The notes: a model not told the origin generated them from the letters alone. Positions 49,330-59,806 are shown, numbered from the stretch's first letter. The stretch: 64,000 nt of DNA from Bdellovibrio sp. (GCA_036676395.1 JAKFCY010000002.1:768001-832000); one strand, 5' to 3'. Made by a program: numbers and translations.

Positions 49330-50394
49330 ATGAAATTGATGCGCAAAATATTAATTATCGTTTTAATTCTTGGTGCAATTCGGTTACTGCTTCCAGTCGC
49401 TGCGTTGGCAGCTATAAATTACGCCTTACGCAACAAAATCCAAGATTACGTGGGGCATATTGATGATCTTCATCTTGCGATCTTAAGAGGTGCTGTAGAG
49501 TTTAAAGACCTGCATCTTGAAAAAAGAGATAAACCAGAGGTGCTACAAGCGAATGTCGAAAGTATTAAATTCAATCTTTCATGGCAAGACCTATGGGATA
49601 AGAAAGCAATTGCTGAAGTTTATGTAAATAAGGTTGAAGTTGTTTTGACTGAAATCCCTAAACCAAAACCACCAAAGCCCGAAGATTTAACATTTAAAGA
49701 AATCAGAAAAATATTAGCTGAATCAAAATGGTCTTCAGAGATCAATAAATTTGAAGTTAAAAATTCGTCGGTTAAATTTATAGTTCCTGAAGCTAAAACT
49801 CCGCTCGTGGTTTCAAATATTAACGTTGATATTTATAATTTACATTTTTCGCCAGCTAAAGAATGGCAGCTAGCTGATTTTGCAGTAAAGGGTTTGTTGC
49901 AGGGGCAGGGCGAGGTCAATCTAAGCGGCAAACTTCAACCGCTGGCCTTGCCGCCGATGGCTGATCTTAATTTTTCATTAGTTGATTTCGATTTAAAAAC
50001 TTTGAATGGACTATTACTTAAAATCTTACCAATGGATATTACGCGCGGTAAATTAAGCGCTTATATCGAAACAGCTACAGAAAAAGGTTATTCAAATGGC
50101 TATGCTAAAATATTTTTTGACGAAATAGATGTGATTGCTAGTCCGCAAAAAATCAAATCAGGGCGGCATTTTTTAATTGAAGCAAGTGCAGCCCTTGGAT
50201 ATTGGATTTTGAAAAATGATAAAGAAAAATCCTTAGCGGTCAATCTGCCGTTTAAAATTAAGCATGATAGCGTGGCAGTTAATACTTCTGAAGCCTTCTG
50301 GTCAACGATTGAAAATAAACGTGATGAGCTTGATCGTAAATTAGAAAACTCAGTCAGTTTTGCACAAAATCGCGATGAAAATAAATTGGAATAA
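49330..50394 (+). CDS. DUF748/AsmA-like protein
   Basis: N-terminal TM anchor, YVGHIDDLHLAILRG, beta-rich body. Confidence 0.7.
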   Translation: MKLMRKILIIVLILGAIRLLLPVAALAAINYALRNKIQDYVGHIDDLHLAILRGAVEFKDLHLEKRDKPEVLQANVESIKFNLSWQDLWDKKAIAEVYVNKVEVVLTEIPKPKPPKPEDLTFKEIRKILAESKWSSEINKFEVKNSSVKFIVPEAKTPLVVSNINVDIYNLHFSPAKEWQLADFAVKGLLQGQGEVNLSGKLQPLALPPMADLNFSLVDFDLKTLNGLLLKILPMDITRGKLSAYIETATEKGYSNGYAKIFFDEIDVIASPQKIKSGRHFLIEASAALGYWILKNDKEKSLAVNLPFKIKHDSVAVNTSEAFWSTIENKRDELDRKLENSVSFAQNRDENKLE

Positions 50395-50554
50395 GCCAAA
50401 GTGATCGGCACTAAGACTGCGCTTTTCATTAAAAGTGAAGCCTTCATAAATATTCCTTTTTGCCTCATTTTTTTGTCTATGGGGCGATATTGCCAATTGA
50501 TAATTTAAATTCAGCTTTACGTGCCATTAAATGCAATTTGTATGTCGTTAACTC

Positions 50555-50570
50555 TGGCGCCAGGTTTGCT
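50555..50570 (+). promoter_or_regulatory. Sigma-54-type promoter
   Basis: TGGCGCCAGGTTTGCT (GG-N10-GC) upstream of the 50618 start. Confidence 0.6.
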
Positions 50571-50617
50571 TTAGTCGATGCAAACTACATTACAGACATT
50601 GTCAGAAGAAGGACAAC

Positions 50618-50848
50618 ATGGCTCAACACCAAACCAGCAAGAATCAAGTCACGCGCAGTGGCCAAATGAATAAAAACGACATGGCAAAAACCACTCCTGC
50701 TAGCAGACCTCGTGATGATTTGCGAACAGCCTACGGTGGCGATGAAAACCGCGGCCCAGCTGGCGATCAAAAGGCCACAACATCTAAAAGTGGCAGGGTT
50801 AAAGGTCGCAGGCTTCCTGCCGATTCGGCGAAAACGCCAGTTCGTTAG
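50618..50848 (+). CDS. Small basic hydrophilic, probably disordered protein
   Basis: GAAGGA RBS; 76 aa with very few hydrophobic residues. Confidence 0.7.
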   Translation: MAQHQTSKNQVTRSGQMNKNDMAKTTPASRPRDDLRTAYGGDENRGPAGDQKATTSKSGRVKGRRLPADSAKTPVR

Positions 50849-51054
50849 ATGCGGTCGGCTCGGCGCCCCCGGCTAGACCCAGATTGGAACTCATTTATTT
50901 TATCTGAATTATAACTGAGTCCGAAATGGAACTGGTGCGATAAAAAATTCCTTTACCAAAAATTGATCAACAAAAAAATGGACTATGTTCATAGGGATGA
51001 ACTACAAACAGCTCATCAATTTATTTTTATTTACTAATTATTTTTAGGAGATTT

Positions 51055-51594
51055 ATGAAACAGTTATTAATGGTTATCGCGGTGATCTGCTTAGCACAAA
51101 CTGCAAAAGCGCAATCTTGGCAGTATATGCCTGAAAATCTTTCTTTAGTTCACGAACACTTAAATAAAGATCTTTATAAATTCGACAACAAAATCGTTAA
51201 TTTTTCGATATCTAAAAACAGAGAAGTAGCGCGCTTACAAATTTTAAATAACCTGTGCCCTTCGGCTAATGGCGGCTTTTCTTGTTTAGCAATGCCTTCA
51301 GTTGTTTTAAACGCAACATATACAATCAAGCAGGTGACTACTGATGACTGCGGCATTCAAGTTCTAATCAGCAATAACGTTGATGTCGGCAGTAAATTTA
51401 TGAGAAATGTAAAACGTTATGCGCAAGTTCGCATTACTGATTACACTCACTCAGTATGTGAAATGGTTTACCCGGCTGATGTGAAGGTAGAATTAAAAGA
51501 AACTACTAAAGATTCTGAATTAGACAAAGTTGAAATTCACTATTCGACATTATTATTCAATTACGAAAAAATTAGTGGTCCTGTGTCTCAGTAG
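51055..51594 (+). CDS. Secreted hypothetical protein with 4 Cys in the mature part
   Basis: AGGAGA RBS; signal peptide ending in AKA; CPSANGGFSCLAMP. Confidence 0.8.
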   Translation: MKQLLMVIAVICLAQTAKAQSWQYMPENLSLVHEHLNKDLYKFDNKIVNFSISKNREVARLQILNNLCPSANGGFSCLAMPSVVLNATYTIKQVTTDDCGIQVLISNNVDVGSKFMRNVKRYAQVRITDYTHSVCEMVYPADVKVELKETTKDSELDKVEIHYSTLLFNYEKISGPVSQ

Positions 51595-51622
51595 TTGTTG
51601 ATTGAAATACGGTACTCAAATT

Positions 51623-51654
51623 AAAAGAGGCGACTTATGTCGCCTCTTTTTTTT
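51623..51654. terminator. Bidirectional intrinsic terminator
   Basis: AAAAGAGGCGAC-TTAT-GTCGCCTCTTTTTTTT. Confidence 0.85.
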
Positions 51655-51657
51655 GGT

Positions 51658-53901
51658 TTAAGCTAGTGTATTAGCTAGTAACATTTCACGGTACTTCGGT
51701 AATGGCCAGAATTCATCTGATACGATAAGTTCTGCTTCATCACAAGCGGCGCGCAGTTTAAAGCTTAACGGCTGCAAAGTATTTACGATTTCATGCATAC
51801 GTTTTTCTTCGTCATGAGACTTTTTAGATTTCTCAACTAACGTTTTCATTTTTTCTAGCTCAGTTAATACGCGAGCTAAAACGCCATCTAAAGTGGTTAA
51901 ACGACTTTCGTGTAACTTAGCTGTAGCTTTGGAAGGAATCGCTGCGTGAGCCTGGGCCATGGCGCCGAATTGTTTTTCGATTGCAGGCACAATGTAAGTC
52001 TCAGCTAATTCGATTAAAGCTAAATGTTCGATGTCTAAAGTTTTCACGTAACGTTCAACCGCGATATGGTAACGCGAATTGATCTCTTCTTGCGATAATA
52101 CATTTGTATCAACTAAGAATTGAGTTTTCTTTTTGTCTTTAAACATCTCTAAAGCTGCAGGCGTCGTGTTTAAGATTGGTAAACCACGCTTTTTAGCTTC
52201 AGCTTTCCATTCATCAGAATAGCCATTACCGCTGAAACGGATATTTTTAGTTTCTTTAACAACCTGACGAACTAATTCCATAACAGCTTCATCGCGCTTT
52301 TTCTTTTTCAATAGGTCTTTTAAACGGGCAGAGCACTCTTTGAACGAGTTCGCTACAGCTGCATTTAAGATCGACATAGGCACGGCTACGTTTTGCGTAG
52401 AGCCTACAGCGCGAAATTCAAATTTGTTTCCGGTAAAAGCAAACGGTGAAGTGCGGTTGCGATCTGTGTAGTCTTTAGAAACTGTTGGAATTTTATTAAC
52501 ACCTAAATCAATGATTGATTGTTCGGTGGCTTTTAAAACTTTACCAGCTTCAATTGTATTTAAGATGTCTTCTAATAAACTTCCTAAGAAAGCAGAGATG
52601 ATCGCAGGTGGCGCTTCGTTAGCCCCTAAACGGTGATCGTTGCCAGGTGAGGCAATGGCTGCACGTAAGATCGCTGCATTGTCATGAACCGCTTTTAATA
52701 CCACAGCTAAACACGCTAAGAAACGTAAGTTTTGGTGCGGAGTGTTTCCTGGTTCAAGTAAGTTTTCACCTTTGTCGTTAGCCATTGACCAGTTGTTGTG
52801 TTTTCCTGATCCGTTAACGCCGGCAAAAGGTTTTTCGTGGAGTAAGCACACTAAACCATGTTTTAAAGCTGTGCGTTTTAAAACTTCCATAGTTAATAAG
52901 TTGTGATCTGAAGCGATATTCATATCTTCAAAGATCGGTGCCAATTCGAATTGGCTTGGTGCCACTTCGTTATGGCGAGTTTTAATCGGTACGCCTAATT
53001 TGTATAATTCAAATTCACACTCCTGCATGTACTGGGTAATACGAGAGGGGATAGCTCCGAAATAGTGATCTTCTAATTGTTGGCCGCGGGCTGCCGCAGA
53101 TCCAACCAATGTGCGACCAGTCATGATTAAGTCAGGGCGTAACGCGACAAAGTTTTTATCCACTAAGAAATACTCTTGTTCAGCACCTAATGTTGTAGAA
53201 ATCTTTTTAACATCCACATCGCCTAACATTTTTAAAAATTCGCAACCAGCATTCGAGACTGATTCAATCGAACGTAATAGGGGAGTCTTATTATCTAATG
53301 CTTGGCCGTGATAACCGAAAAACACTGTAGGAATACATAATGTTTTACCGTTGCCTTCTTCTAAGATGAATAACGGAGAAGAAGGATCCCAAGCCGTGTA
53401 ACCACGTGCTTCAAAAGTTGAACGCATGCCGCCTGAAGGAAATGACGAAGCATCTGGTTCACCTTGAATTAATTGCGAACCCGTGAATCTTTCGATAACA
53501 CGAAGTTCAGAGTGGTTTGAATGTTGAATAGTGATAAAGGCATCATGCTTTTCAGCTGTTGAGCCAGTCATTGGTTGAAACCAGTGACAATAATGAGTCA
53601 CACCTTTTGTGATCGCCCATTCTTTCATTGCCGAAGCAATCGCTTCAGCAGTTTCTTTAGGAAGTTTTTTTCCCTGATCCAAAGTTTTGATTAAATTGTT
53701 ATAGGCATCTTTCGGAAGTTTTTCGCGCATCTGCGCAAGACCGAACGTCGAGCAGCCAAAGTATTCAGATATCGGAGATTCTTTTCCGAACTGATCTTTG
53801 ATTTTTACGATTGAGGTAGTTTTTGTTTCGATGGCCGCTTTAAAAGCGCCGTGACGTGCGGTTACAGCAGTGCCTGCTGCAGTCTCGTTAGTCGAGTGCA
53901 T
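51658..53901 (-). CDS. glnN: Glutamine synthetase type III
   Basis: HWFQPMTG, EPDASSFPSGG, HEKPFAGVNGSGKHNNWS, DRNRTSPFAFTGNKFEFR. Confidence 0.96.
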   Translation of the reverse strand: MHSTNETAAGTAVTARHGAFKAAIETKTTSIVKIKDQFGKESPISEYFGCSTFGLAQMREKLPKDAYNNLIKTLDQGKKLPKETAEAIASAMKEWAITKGVTHYCHWFQPMTGSTAEKHDAFITIQHSNHSELRVIERFTGSQLIQGEPDASSFPSGGMRSTFEARGYTAWDPSSPLFILEEGNGKTLCIPTVFFGYHGQALDNKTPLLRSIESVSNAGCEFLKMLGDVDVKKISTTLGAEQEYFLVDKNFVALRPDLIMTGRTLVGSAAARGQQLEDHYFGAIPSRITQYMQECEFELYKLGVPIKTRHNEVAPSQFELAPIFEDMNIASDHNLLTMEVLKRTALKHGLVCLLHEKPFAGVNGSGKHNNWSMANDKGENLLEPGNTPHQNLRFLACLAVVLKAVHDNAAILRAAIASPGNDHRLGANEAPPAIISAFLGSLLEDILNTIEAGKVLKATEQSIIDLGVNKIPTVSKDYTDRNRTSPFAFTGNKFEFRAVGSTQNVAVPMSILNAAVANSFKECSARLKDLLKKKKRDEAVMELVRQVVKETKNIRFSGNGYSDEWKAEAKKRGLPILNTTPAALEMFKDKKKTQFLVDTNVLSQEEINSRYHIAVERYVKTLDIEHLALIELAETYIVPAIEKQFGAMAQAHAAIPSKATAKLHESRLTTLDGVLARVLTELEKMKTLVEKSKKSHDEEKRMHEIVNTLQPLSFKLRAACDEAELIVSDEFWPLPKYREMLLANTLA

Positions 53902-54076
53902 ATTTGCTCCTTCAGTCTCTAAGAATGCGTAACTCTTAGAAAGTTAAAATTTTGCTTGGGAAAGCTTACAGAAATATAAATCTATGTAAAACAGTCCACG
54001 AGACATAGGCTATCGTGCCCGTGAAAAGTTCGCAAGTGGGTCTGGTAAATAATTTAGAGCGTTAGGTTTGGTCTGA

Positions 54077-54409
54077 TTACTTGGCTGCGACTTTAGCGCA
54101 CTTATAGGCGACACCTAGGGCTTTGCCGCCGAAGAATCCGCCTTGAGCTAGCGTCCAAACGATATGAGTGGCGCCCATATTGGCAGCGTCGTTCATAGCT
54201 TGGTTTTTAGCGTAGTTTTTACCAGCTTCTTGCATGAATAAGCCGCCGTATGAAGAGTTACCCACAACTTCACCCATAGTCTTGCAATCTTTAACTTGGC
54301 TTCTTTCGTTATCGTTAACTTGTGTAATACGAGTAGCTTCGTGGGTTAAAGCTGTTGCGCAGCCAGAAAGAGATATAGCTAATAATCCTAATACTAAAAA
54401 ATTTTTCAT
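54077..54409 (-). CDS. Small lipoprotein (DUF4156-like)
   Basis: Lipobox LSG|C; A.NMGATHIVW; AYKC. Confidence 0.8.
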   Translation of the reverse strand: MKNFLVLGLLAISLSGCATALTHEATRITQVNDNERSQVKDCKTMGEVVGNSSYGGLFMQEAGKNYAKNQAMNDAANMGATHIVWTLAQGGFFGGKALGVAYKCAKVAAK

Positions 54410-54434
54410 TATGTAATCCTTTACGTGTGAAAAT

Positions 54435-55574
54435 TTATTTTACGTGTTTAACAAAAGCGATCAAGGCCATTTCGGCAAAGTACTGCTTACGTCGCTCGAT
54501 CATTAGCGGGGAATTTGACGTAGCTTCAAGTTCTTGCGTGAAGCTGTGGCCGTTGAGGCTTCCCATGACCACGGCGCGCTCTAGATTTTCGTCCTGCGGA
54601 AATAAAGCAATAAAGTTTTCTTCATGTGTGAAAAAATCTGTATCTAAGGGCTCAAGTGATTGTTTCCACATCCAGTTTTTATATTTTTTTAATTCAGTTG
54701 ACAGTCGGTGGTTTAAAAAGCCACTGCTCACAAAATCATAAAATGCAAATTCTGAATTCGCTGTAAGCTGTGAAAACACTTTTGTGATATCAGTAAAGTT
54801 TTTTAACGCCGTAATATTTTCTAAAGCTTTATCAATTTTATCGACGATAGGTTTGGCTAAATTTTCTTGTGATTTGTGATACGTGAATTTCACTTCGACG
54901 TAGGGGTGGTGAACGCGGTAGCCAATATCAAATTTTAAATCTGGCCAGCGGCCTTCAAGACAAGCTTCTGTTAGAGCAGCGACTTCTGATTCTGGAGTTC
55001 CTAGGGTATCCCAAGCTTTGGTGAGTTTTTTATCGAACAACTGGGTTTCGACAAATAACCATTTAGTAATTGATTCATTCCAGACAGCTTCAATTTCTGC
55101 TGGCGGGCCAGGAAGTACAAAAACATCTTTTAATCCATAAGTGGTTTGCACTTCCATTTGAAAACCATTTGCTGTTCCTTGTGAATTATTTAAAATCACA
55201 GCGCCTTCAGGAAAATAACATTGTTGTTTTTGAATGTCTCTGACGACAAGATTTCGGCTGTTCATACGAACAACAATAGATTGCCAAGATTTATCATCAA
55301 ATTTTAATTCTTTTTTTGACCACTCCGAAATTAACTCGCGGGTGAAATCATCACTCGTTGGGCCAAGGCCGCCAGTTACAAAAATATAATCAGAATTTTG
55401 GGCGCAAAAATCTAAAGATTTCAAAATAGAAGGGCGATCATCCGGCACAGTCAGCTGTAGAGCGGTTTCTAAACCAAAAGGGATAAGTTTGTCTGAAATC
55501 CATGCTGCGTTCTTATTGAAGATTTGTCCGGTGGTTAATTCAGTGCCAACGCCTAAAATAGTGGCTTTTTTCAT
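54435..55574 (-). CDS. cinA: CinA-like protein (MoCF-binding-like N-terminal domain, degenerate C-terminus)
   Basis: VGTELTTG, TGGLGPTSDD, LPGPPAE. Confidence 0.85.
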   Translation of the reverse strand: MKKATILGVGTELTTGQIFNKNAAWISDKLIPFGLETALQLTVPDDRPSILKSLDFCAQNSDYIFVTGGLGPTSDDFTRELISEWSKKELKFDDKSWQSIVVRMNSRNLVVRDIQKQQCYFPEGAVILNNSQGTANGFQMEVQTTYGLKDVFVLPGPPAEIEAVWNESITKWLFVETQLFDKKLTKAWDTLGTPESEVAALTEACLEGRWPDLKFDIGYRVHHPYVEVKFTYHKSQENLAKPIVDKIDKALENITALKNFTDITKVFSQLTANSEFAFYDFVSSGFLNHRLSTELKKYKNWMWKQSLEPLDTDFFTHEENFIALFPQDENLERAVVMGSLNGHSFTQELEATSNSPLMIERRKQYFAEMALIAFVKHVK

Positions 55575-55660
55575 AGCTAAATCCTTATTTTGACCTTTAT
55601 CAAGCCTGATACCTTTGTTACAGTCAAGCCATTCAAAAACCAGCTTTCCGAGGTGAAACC

Positions 55661-56860
55661 ATGAACACAGTTGATTTAAAAACTTTTGATTTAGCTAATC
55701 CTACTGAAACGCACCAAATGTTGCGCGACACTTTAAAATCTTTTGTTCAAGCCGAAGTTGAACCACAAGCTCATGAGCACGACAAAAAAGAAAAATTCAA
55801 TTTACCTCTGTTTAGAAAATTAGGCGAACTTGGTTTATTAGGAATCACGGTTCCAGAACAATACGGTGGTTCGGGGCTTGATGCGACTGCAGTTGTATTA
55901 GTGCATGAAGAATTATCTGCAAGTGATCCAGGCTTTGCGCTAGCTTATTTGGCGCATGCATTACTTTGCGTAAATAACTTAGCTGTTAATGGTTCTGATG
56001 CGCAAAGAGAAAAATACTTACCAAAACTTTGCTCTGGTGAATTTGTTGGTGCCATGGCGATGTCTGAACCAGATTACGGCACAGACGTGATGGGCATGCA
56101 AACTACCGCAACTAAAAAAGGCGACAAGTACGTTCTTAACGGTCGCAAAATGTGGATCACTAACGGCGCAATCGATGATAATAAAACTGCGTGTGACATG
56201 GTTTGGGTTTACGCAAAAACTGGCGAAAAAAATGGCCGCGCCCAATTATCAACATTCATTGTTGAAAAAGGGGATTTAGGTTTCTACGTTGGTCAAAAAA
56301 TCCACGATAAATTAGGAATGCGCGCTTCAAACACAGCAGAATTAGTTTTTGAAAACTGCGAAATTCCAGCAGACCGTTTAGTGGGCCACGAAGGTGATTC
56401 TATGCTTCATATGATGCGTAACCTTGAATTAGAACGCATTGGTTTAGCGGCGATGTCTTTAGGTATCGCTCGTCGTTCAATTGAAATTATGAATAAATAT
56501 GCAACTGATCGTAAGGCTTTCGGAAAGCCTTTAAATTTCTACGGCCAAATCCAAAAGTATGTTGCAGATTCTTACGCTGAATACAAAGCTAGCTCTGCGT
56601 ATGTGTACGATACAGCACGTAAACATGATCTGCATAAAGAAGGTAATCGTTTAGATTCAGATGGCGTAAAGCTTGTAGCTACGACTATGGCTAAAAACGT
56701 AGCTGACCGTGCAATCCAGGTTCTTGGTGGTTTTGGTTATGTGGGTGAGTATGTTGTTGAGCGCCTATGGAGAGATTCTAAATTATTAGAAATCGGCGGC
56801 GGTACATTAGAGGCGCACCAAAAAAATATCACGCGTGATCTTGCACGTTTAGGTTTCTAA
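55661..56860 (+). CDS. Acyl-CoA dehydrogenase (isovaleryl-CoA DH-like)
   Basis: MSEPDYGTD, KMWITNG, KLGMRASNT, LEIGGGT. Confidence 0.92.
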   Translation: MNTVDLKTFDLANPTETHQMLRDTLKSFVQAEVEPQAHEHDKKEKFNLPLFRKLGELGLLGITVPEQYGGSGLDATAVVLVHEELSASDPGFALAYLAHALLCVNNLAVNGSDAQREKYLPKLCSGEFVGAMAMSEPDYGTDVMGMQTTATKKGDKYVLNGRKMWITNGAIDDNKTACDMVWVYAKTGEKNGRAQLSTFIVEKGDLGFYVGQKIHDKLGMRASNTAELVFENCEIPADRLVGHEGDSMLHMMRNLELERIGLAAMSLGIARRSIEIMNKYATDRKAFGKPLNFYGQIQKYVADSYAEYKASSAYVYDTARKHDLHKEGNRLDSDGVKLVATTMAKNVADRAIQVLGGFGYVGEYVVERLWRDSKLLEIGGGTLEAHQKNITRDLARLGF

Positions 56861-57574
56861 TTGGCGTCTAATCATTTTCCACTAAAGTCTGATCTTGAAA
56901 TCACACCCGGGCGTTTTGTTTCGGCTGATACGGTTATGGAAAAAATCTGGCCGATTTTAACTCCCGAGCGCCAGCGAAAAATTGAAGCCGTTACTTCAAA
57001 AAGATGTTTTTCAATTCCGGTGGTTTTAGAAAGTATTTATGACCGCGGTAATATCAGCGCGGTTATGCGTACAGCCGAAGGCTTAGGTTTTGCTAACTTT
57101 CACATTATCGAAACGGCCGAGAAATTTAAAAATTCTCAGCGTGTGACCCAAGGTGCTGATAAGTGGATTGAAGCTAAAAAGTGGAAATCCTCTGCTGAAG
57201 CGATTAAGTATTTTAAAGATAATAAAATCCGTATATGCGTGACTTCACTAGAGGCAGCTAAACCCCTGCATGAAGTCGATTTTTCTACGCCTTTAGCTTT
57301 AGTGCTGGGTAATGAAAAAGACGGAGTATCAAAAGAAATGTTAGAGGCCGCCGATGAACGGGTGATTATCCCGATGCCTGGCTTTGTACAAAGTTTTAAC
57401 ATCTCGGTAGCCGGTGCTTTGTGCCTGTATCAAATCTTTCAAAGCCGATTACATCGATTAGGCCAAAATGAAGATGTAACCCCTGAGCAGATCTCGATTT
57501 TAAAGGCAGCCTATGCTTTACGAACCCTGGATTCGGCCGAAGACATTTTGCGCGCAGACACTGTAAAAAATTAA
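56861..57574 (+). CDS. TrmH/SpoU-family RNA 2'-O-methyltransferase
   Basis: GNISAVMRT, LGNEKDG, IPMPGFVQSFNISVA. Confidence 0.92.
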   Translation: MASNHFPLKSDLEITPGRFVSADTVMEKIWPILTPERQRKIEAVTSKRCFSIPVVLESIYDRGNISAVMRTAEGLGFANFHIIETAEKFKNSQRVTQGADKWIEAKKWKSSAEAIKYFKDNKIRICVTSLEAAKPLHEVDFSTPLALVLGNEKDGVSKEMLEAADERVIIPMPGFVQSFNISVAGALCLYQIFQSRLHRLGQNEDVTPEQISILKAAYALRTLDSAEDILRADTVKN

Positions 57575-57680
57575 CCTTATTTTCCAAAAACCTGCCTTAA
57601 CTGAATTCTAACCCGGTTATATACGATTTAATGGTATAACTGCTCCTGTTGATAAAAACCCAACCCTTCAGGAGATATGT

Positions 57681-58145
57681 ATGAAATACACTTTAGCTTT
57701 TTTAATCGCAACGATTGCGGCGTCTTCGGTATTCGCCGGTGAAACAGTCTGTTTAAACGCAAAACTAAAAGTAAACACGGTGCCATCTTTAAGTTGTGGC
57801 AGCGTTAAGCAAATTTGCGTGACTGGCTACGAACAACACGACGAAGCTCGTGTAGACGAAAGAATGACGGCTAAATCATTAGTGTTAACGAATGAAAGCG
57901 GTAAATCTTTAGAATTACGATTTGATGGACAAACGGTAAGTCACGATTCAGATGTCGACACTCATTTAGGTTTGGATTTTAGTAACAAAACGATTTCAGC
58001 TGCTTTAGAAATTGAAACTGATTATATGGATTACGATTCACGTGCACCAATTACTGGAACATTCATTTTGATGGATCTATACAGAGCTTATAAAGTTAAT
58101 GGTGATATCAAAGTTCAACGTTGTGAATACGAACTTTCAAAATAA
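57681..58145 (+). CDS. Secreted hypothetical protein
   Basis: AGGAGA RBS; signal peptide ending in VFA; 4 Cys. Confidence 0.78.
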   Translation: MKYTLAFLIATIAASSVFAGETVCLNAKLKVNTVPSLSCGSVKQICVTGYEQHDEARVDERMTAKSLVLTNESGKSLELRFDGQTVSHDSDVDTHLGLDFSNKTISAALEIETDYMDYDSRAPITGTFILMDLYRAYKVNGDIKVQRCEYELSK

Positions 58146-59726
58146 TTAAATTTTTCTGACGATGATGCCTTTGAGTAAATTATCAAAGGCATCAGGAAAC
58201 TCAAAATCCAAATCTGGTGTTGCTAATTCCTGAAATTTAAACTGACCTTTTGGTAAAGCCTTTTCAAATTGTTTTTGAATGTCATTCAAAGACCACTTTT
58301 CAAAGTTACACGTAAATAAAATTAAACCCTTACCATTTAAACAAGACCACATTAACTTAGCTAACGCGGGAAAGTCTTTATCTAACTTCCAGGTCGTGGT
58401 TTTCGTTCTGCCAAATGATGGGGGGTCACAAATGATCACATCCCACTTGCGGTTACGCTTAATCGAGCCTTCTAAGAAAAGCAGTGAATCTTGAGCGAAG
58501 AATTCGTGCTTTTCAGAATCTAAGTTATTTAATTTAAAATTGTCTTTAGACCAATCTAAGAAAGCGCGGCTGGCATCGACTGTGGTGATCTGTTTGGCGC
58601 CGCCAACTCCGGCAGCGACCGAAAACACCGACGTGTAAGAAAATAAATTAAGAACTGACTTACCCTTAGAGTTTTCTAAGATAAATTGGCGGTTATCACG
58701 CTGATCTAAAAATAATCCAGGTGAAAAACCCTGATCACGGCGAAGTTCGCATAACAGGTTATGTTCTTTCGCGGTCCATTTTTCAGGAGCCGTCGAATAG
58801 TACAAATCTTTTTGTTCTTTACCACCGACGCCAGTGCCACGATTGATCATATGGCGAACGACATAATCCAAATTATGCTTTTTGCAAAAATCAGCAAGGG
58901 TTGAAAGATCAAGATCAGTGGGTGGATCTTTTTTATACCAATACACCCAAATAATTGAACCGTACAAATCAGCGCGAATTTCTTGCTCTTGATTCGTGCG
59001 ATGATACAGGCGATATGTTTGATCTTTTTCGATCGTCATCATCGCATTTAAATCAGTGTATTCGCTGGTGACGAAATCACCTAAAGTGTTTACAGAATTT
59101 TCAAAACAATAAGGAAGCGGAGCTGTAAACGTTTGCATTTTACCATCGAAAGAAAAAGAAATTTCAGCCGCGTGCAGGGCAAGACGAAACCAAGGGCTTC
59201 CGCCATGTTCGGTGTCGCCTAATACAGGAATCCCTAATTTTTCTGCATGTAGTCTGATTTGGTGTGGCTTTCCGGTGATGGGTTCAGCTTTCCATAAATA
59301 CAATAAATCAGAAATTTTTTTAGAAAGCGTGAATTTGGTTTCAGAGTTATCTTCTTTGGCCGGAATGTTAGCGAATTTTTTATCTACTTTATCGATATGT
59401 GATTTTACGGTGTGTGCTTCGCCCGCGTTTTTTAAAGTTTGATCTGTTAGAAAGTAGTAAGTTTTTTTAACGTCGCGCGATTCAAATTGCTTGGCTAATT
59501 GTGCAGCAGCCTCTTTATTTTTGGCGAACACGATGAGGCCTGAAGTTTCTTTGTCAAGGCGGTGCACAACCAATAATTCTTGTTTAATTTTGCTCGATAA
59601 TACTTCAACTAACCCCAACTGGTTCTCATTCACTTTGTGAGTGCGAAAGCCTGATCTTTTGTTAAAAACGATATAATCAGGCTGATCAGTGTATCGTAGG
59701 TTGTAGGGGCTGCCAGACTGTTGCAT
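58146..59726 (-). CDS. Fusion of RluA-family pseudouridine synthase and RlmI/RlmK-type SAM methyltransferase
   Basis: HRLDKETSG, TGKPHQIRLH; GLFLDQRDNR, VLNLFSYT, DPPSF; start uncertain (59759 or 59726). Confidence 0.88.
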   Translation of the reverse strand: MQQSGSPYNLRYTDQPDYIVFNKRSGFRTHKVNENQLGLVEVLSSKIKQELLVVHRLDKETSGLIVFAKNKEAAAQLAKQFESRDVKKTYYFLTDQTLKNAGEAHTVKSHIDKVDKKFANIPAKEDNSETKFTLSKKISDLLYLWKAEPITGKPHQIRLHAEKLGIPVLGDTEHGGSPWFRLALHAAEISFSFDGKMQTFTAPLPYCFENSVNTLGDFVTSEYTDLNAMMTIEKDQTYRLYHRTNQEQEIRADLYGSIIWVYWYKKDPPTDLDLSTLADFCKKHNLDYVVRHMINRGTGVGGKEQKDLYYSTAPEKWTAKEHNLLCELRRDQGFSPGLFLDQRDNRQFILENSKGKSVLNLFSYTSVFSVAAGVGGAKQITTVDASRAFLDWSKDNFKLNNLDSEKHEFFAQDSLLFLEGSIKRNRKWDVIICDPPSFGRTKTTTWKLDKDFPALAKLMWSCLNGKGLILFTCNFEKWSLNDIQKQFEKALPKGQFKFQELATPDLDFEFPDAFDNLLKGIIVRKI

Positions 59727-59806
59727 AGAGTTACAAGGTAACTGTTTCCTTTTCTTCACGCAAGCAGGTTGATATATTTCAACTACTCAAAAGGAGTATA
59801 TTTCTT

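Noticed and set aside
50849..51054. Several short stems in the intergenic region as a possible ncRNA
   Set aside because: Stems are short or imperfect in AT-rich DNA; no recognisable family and no clear terminator
57629..57655. TAAT-N15-GTTGATAA as a sigma-28 promoter
   Set aside because: Mismatches in both boxes; too weak to call
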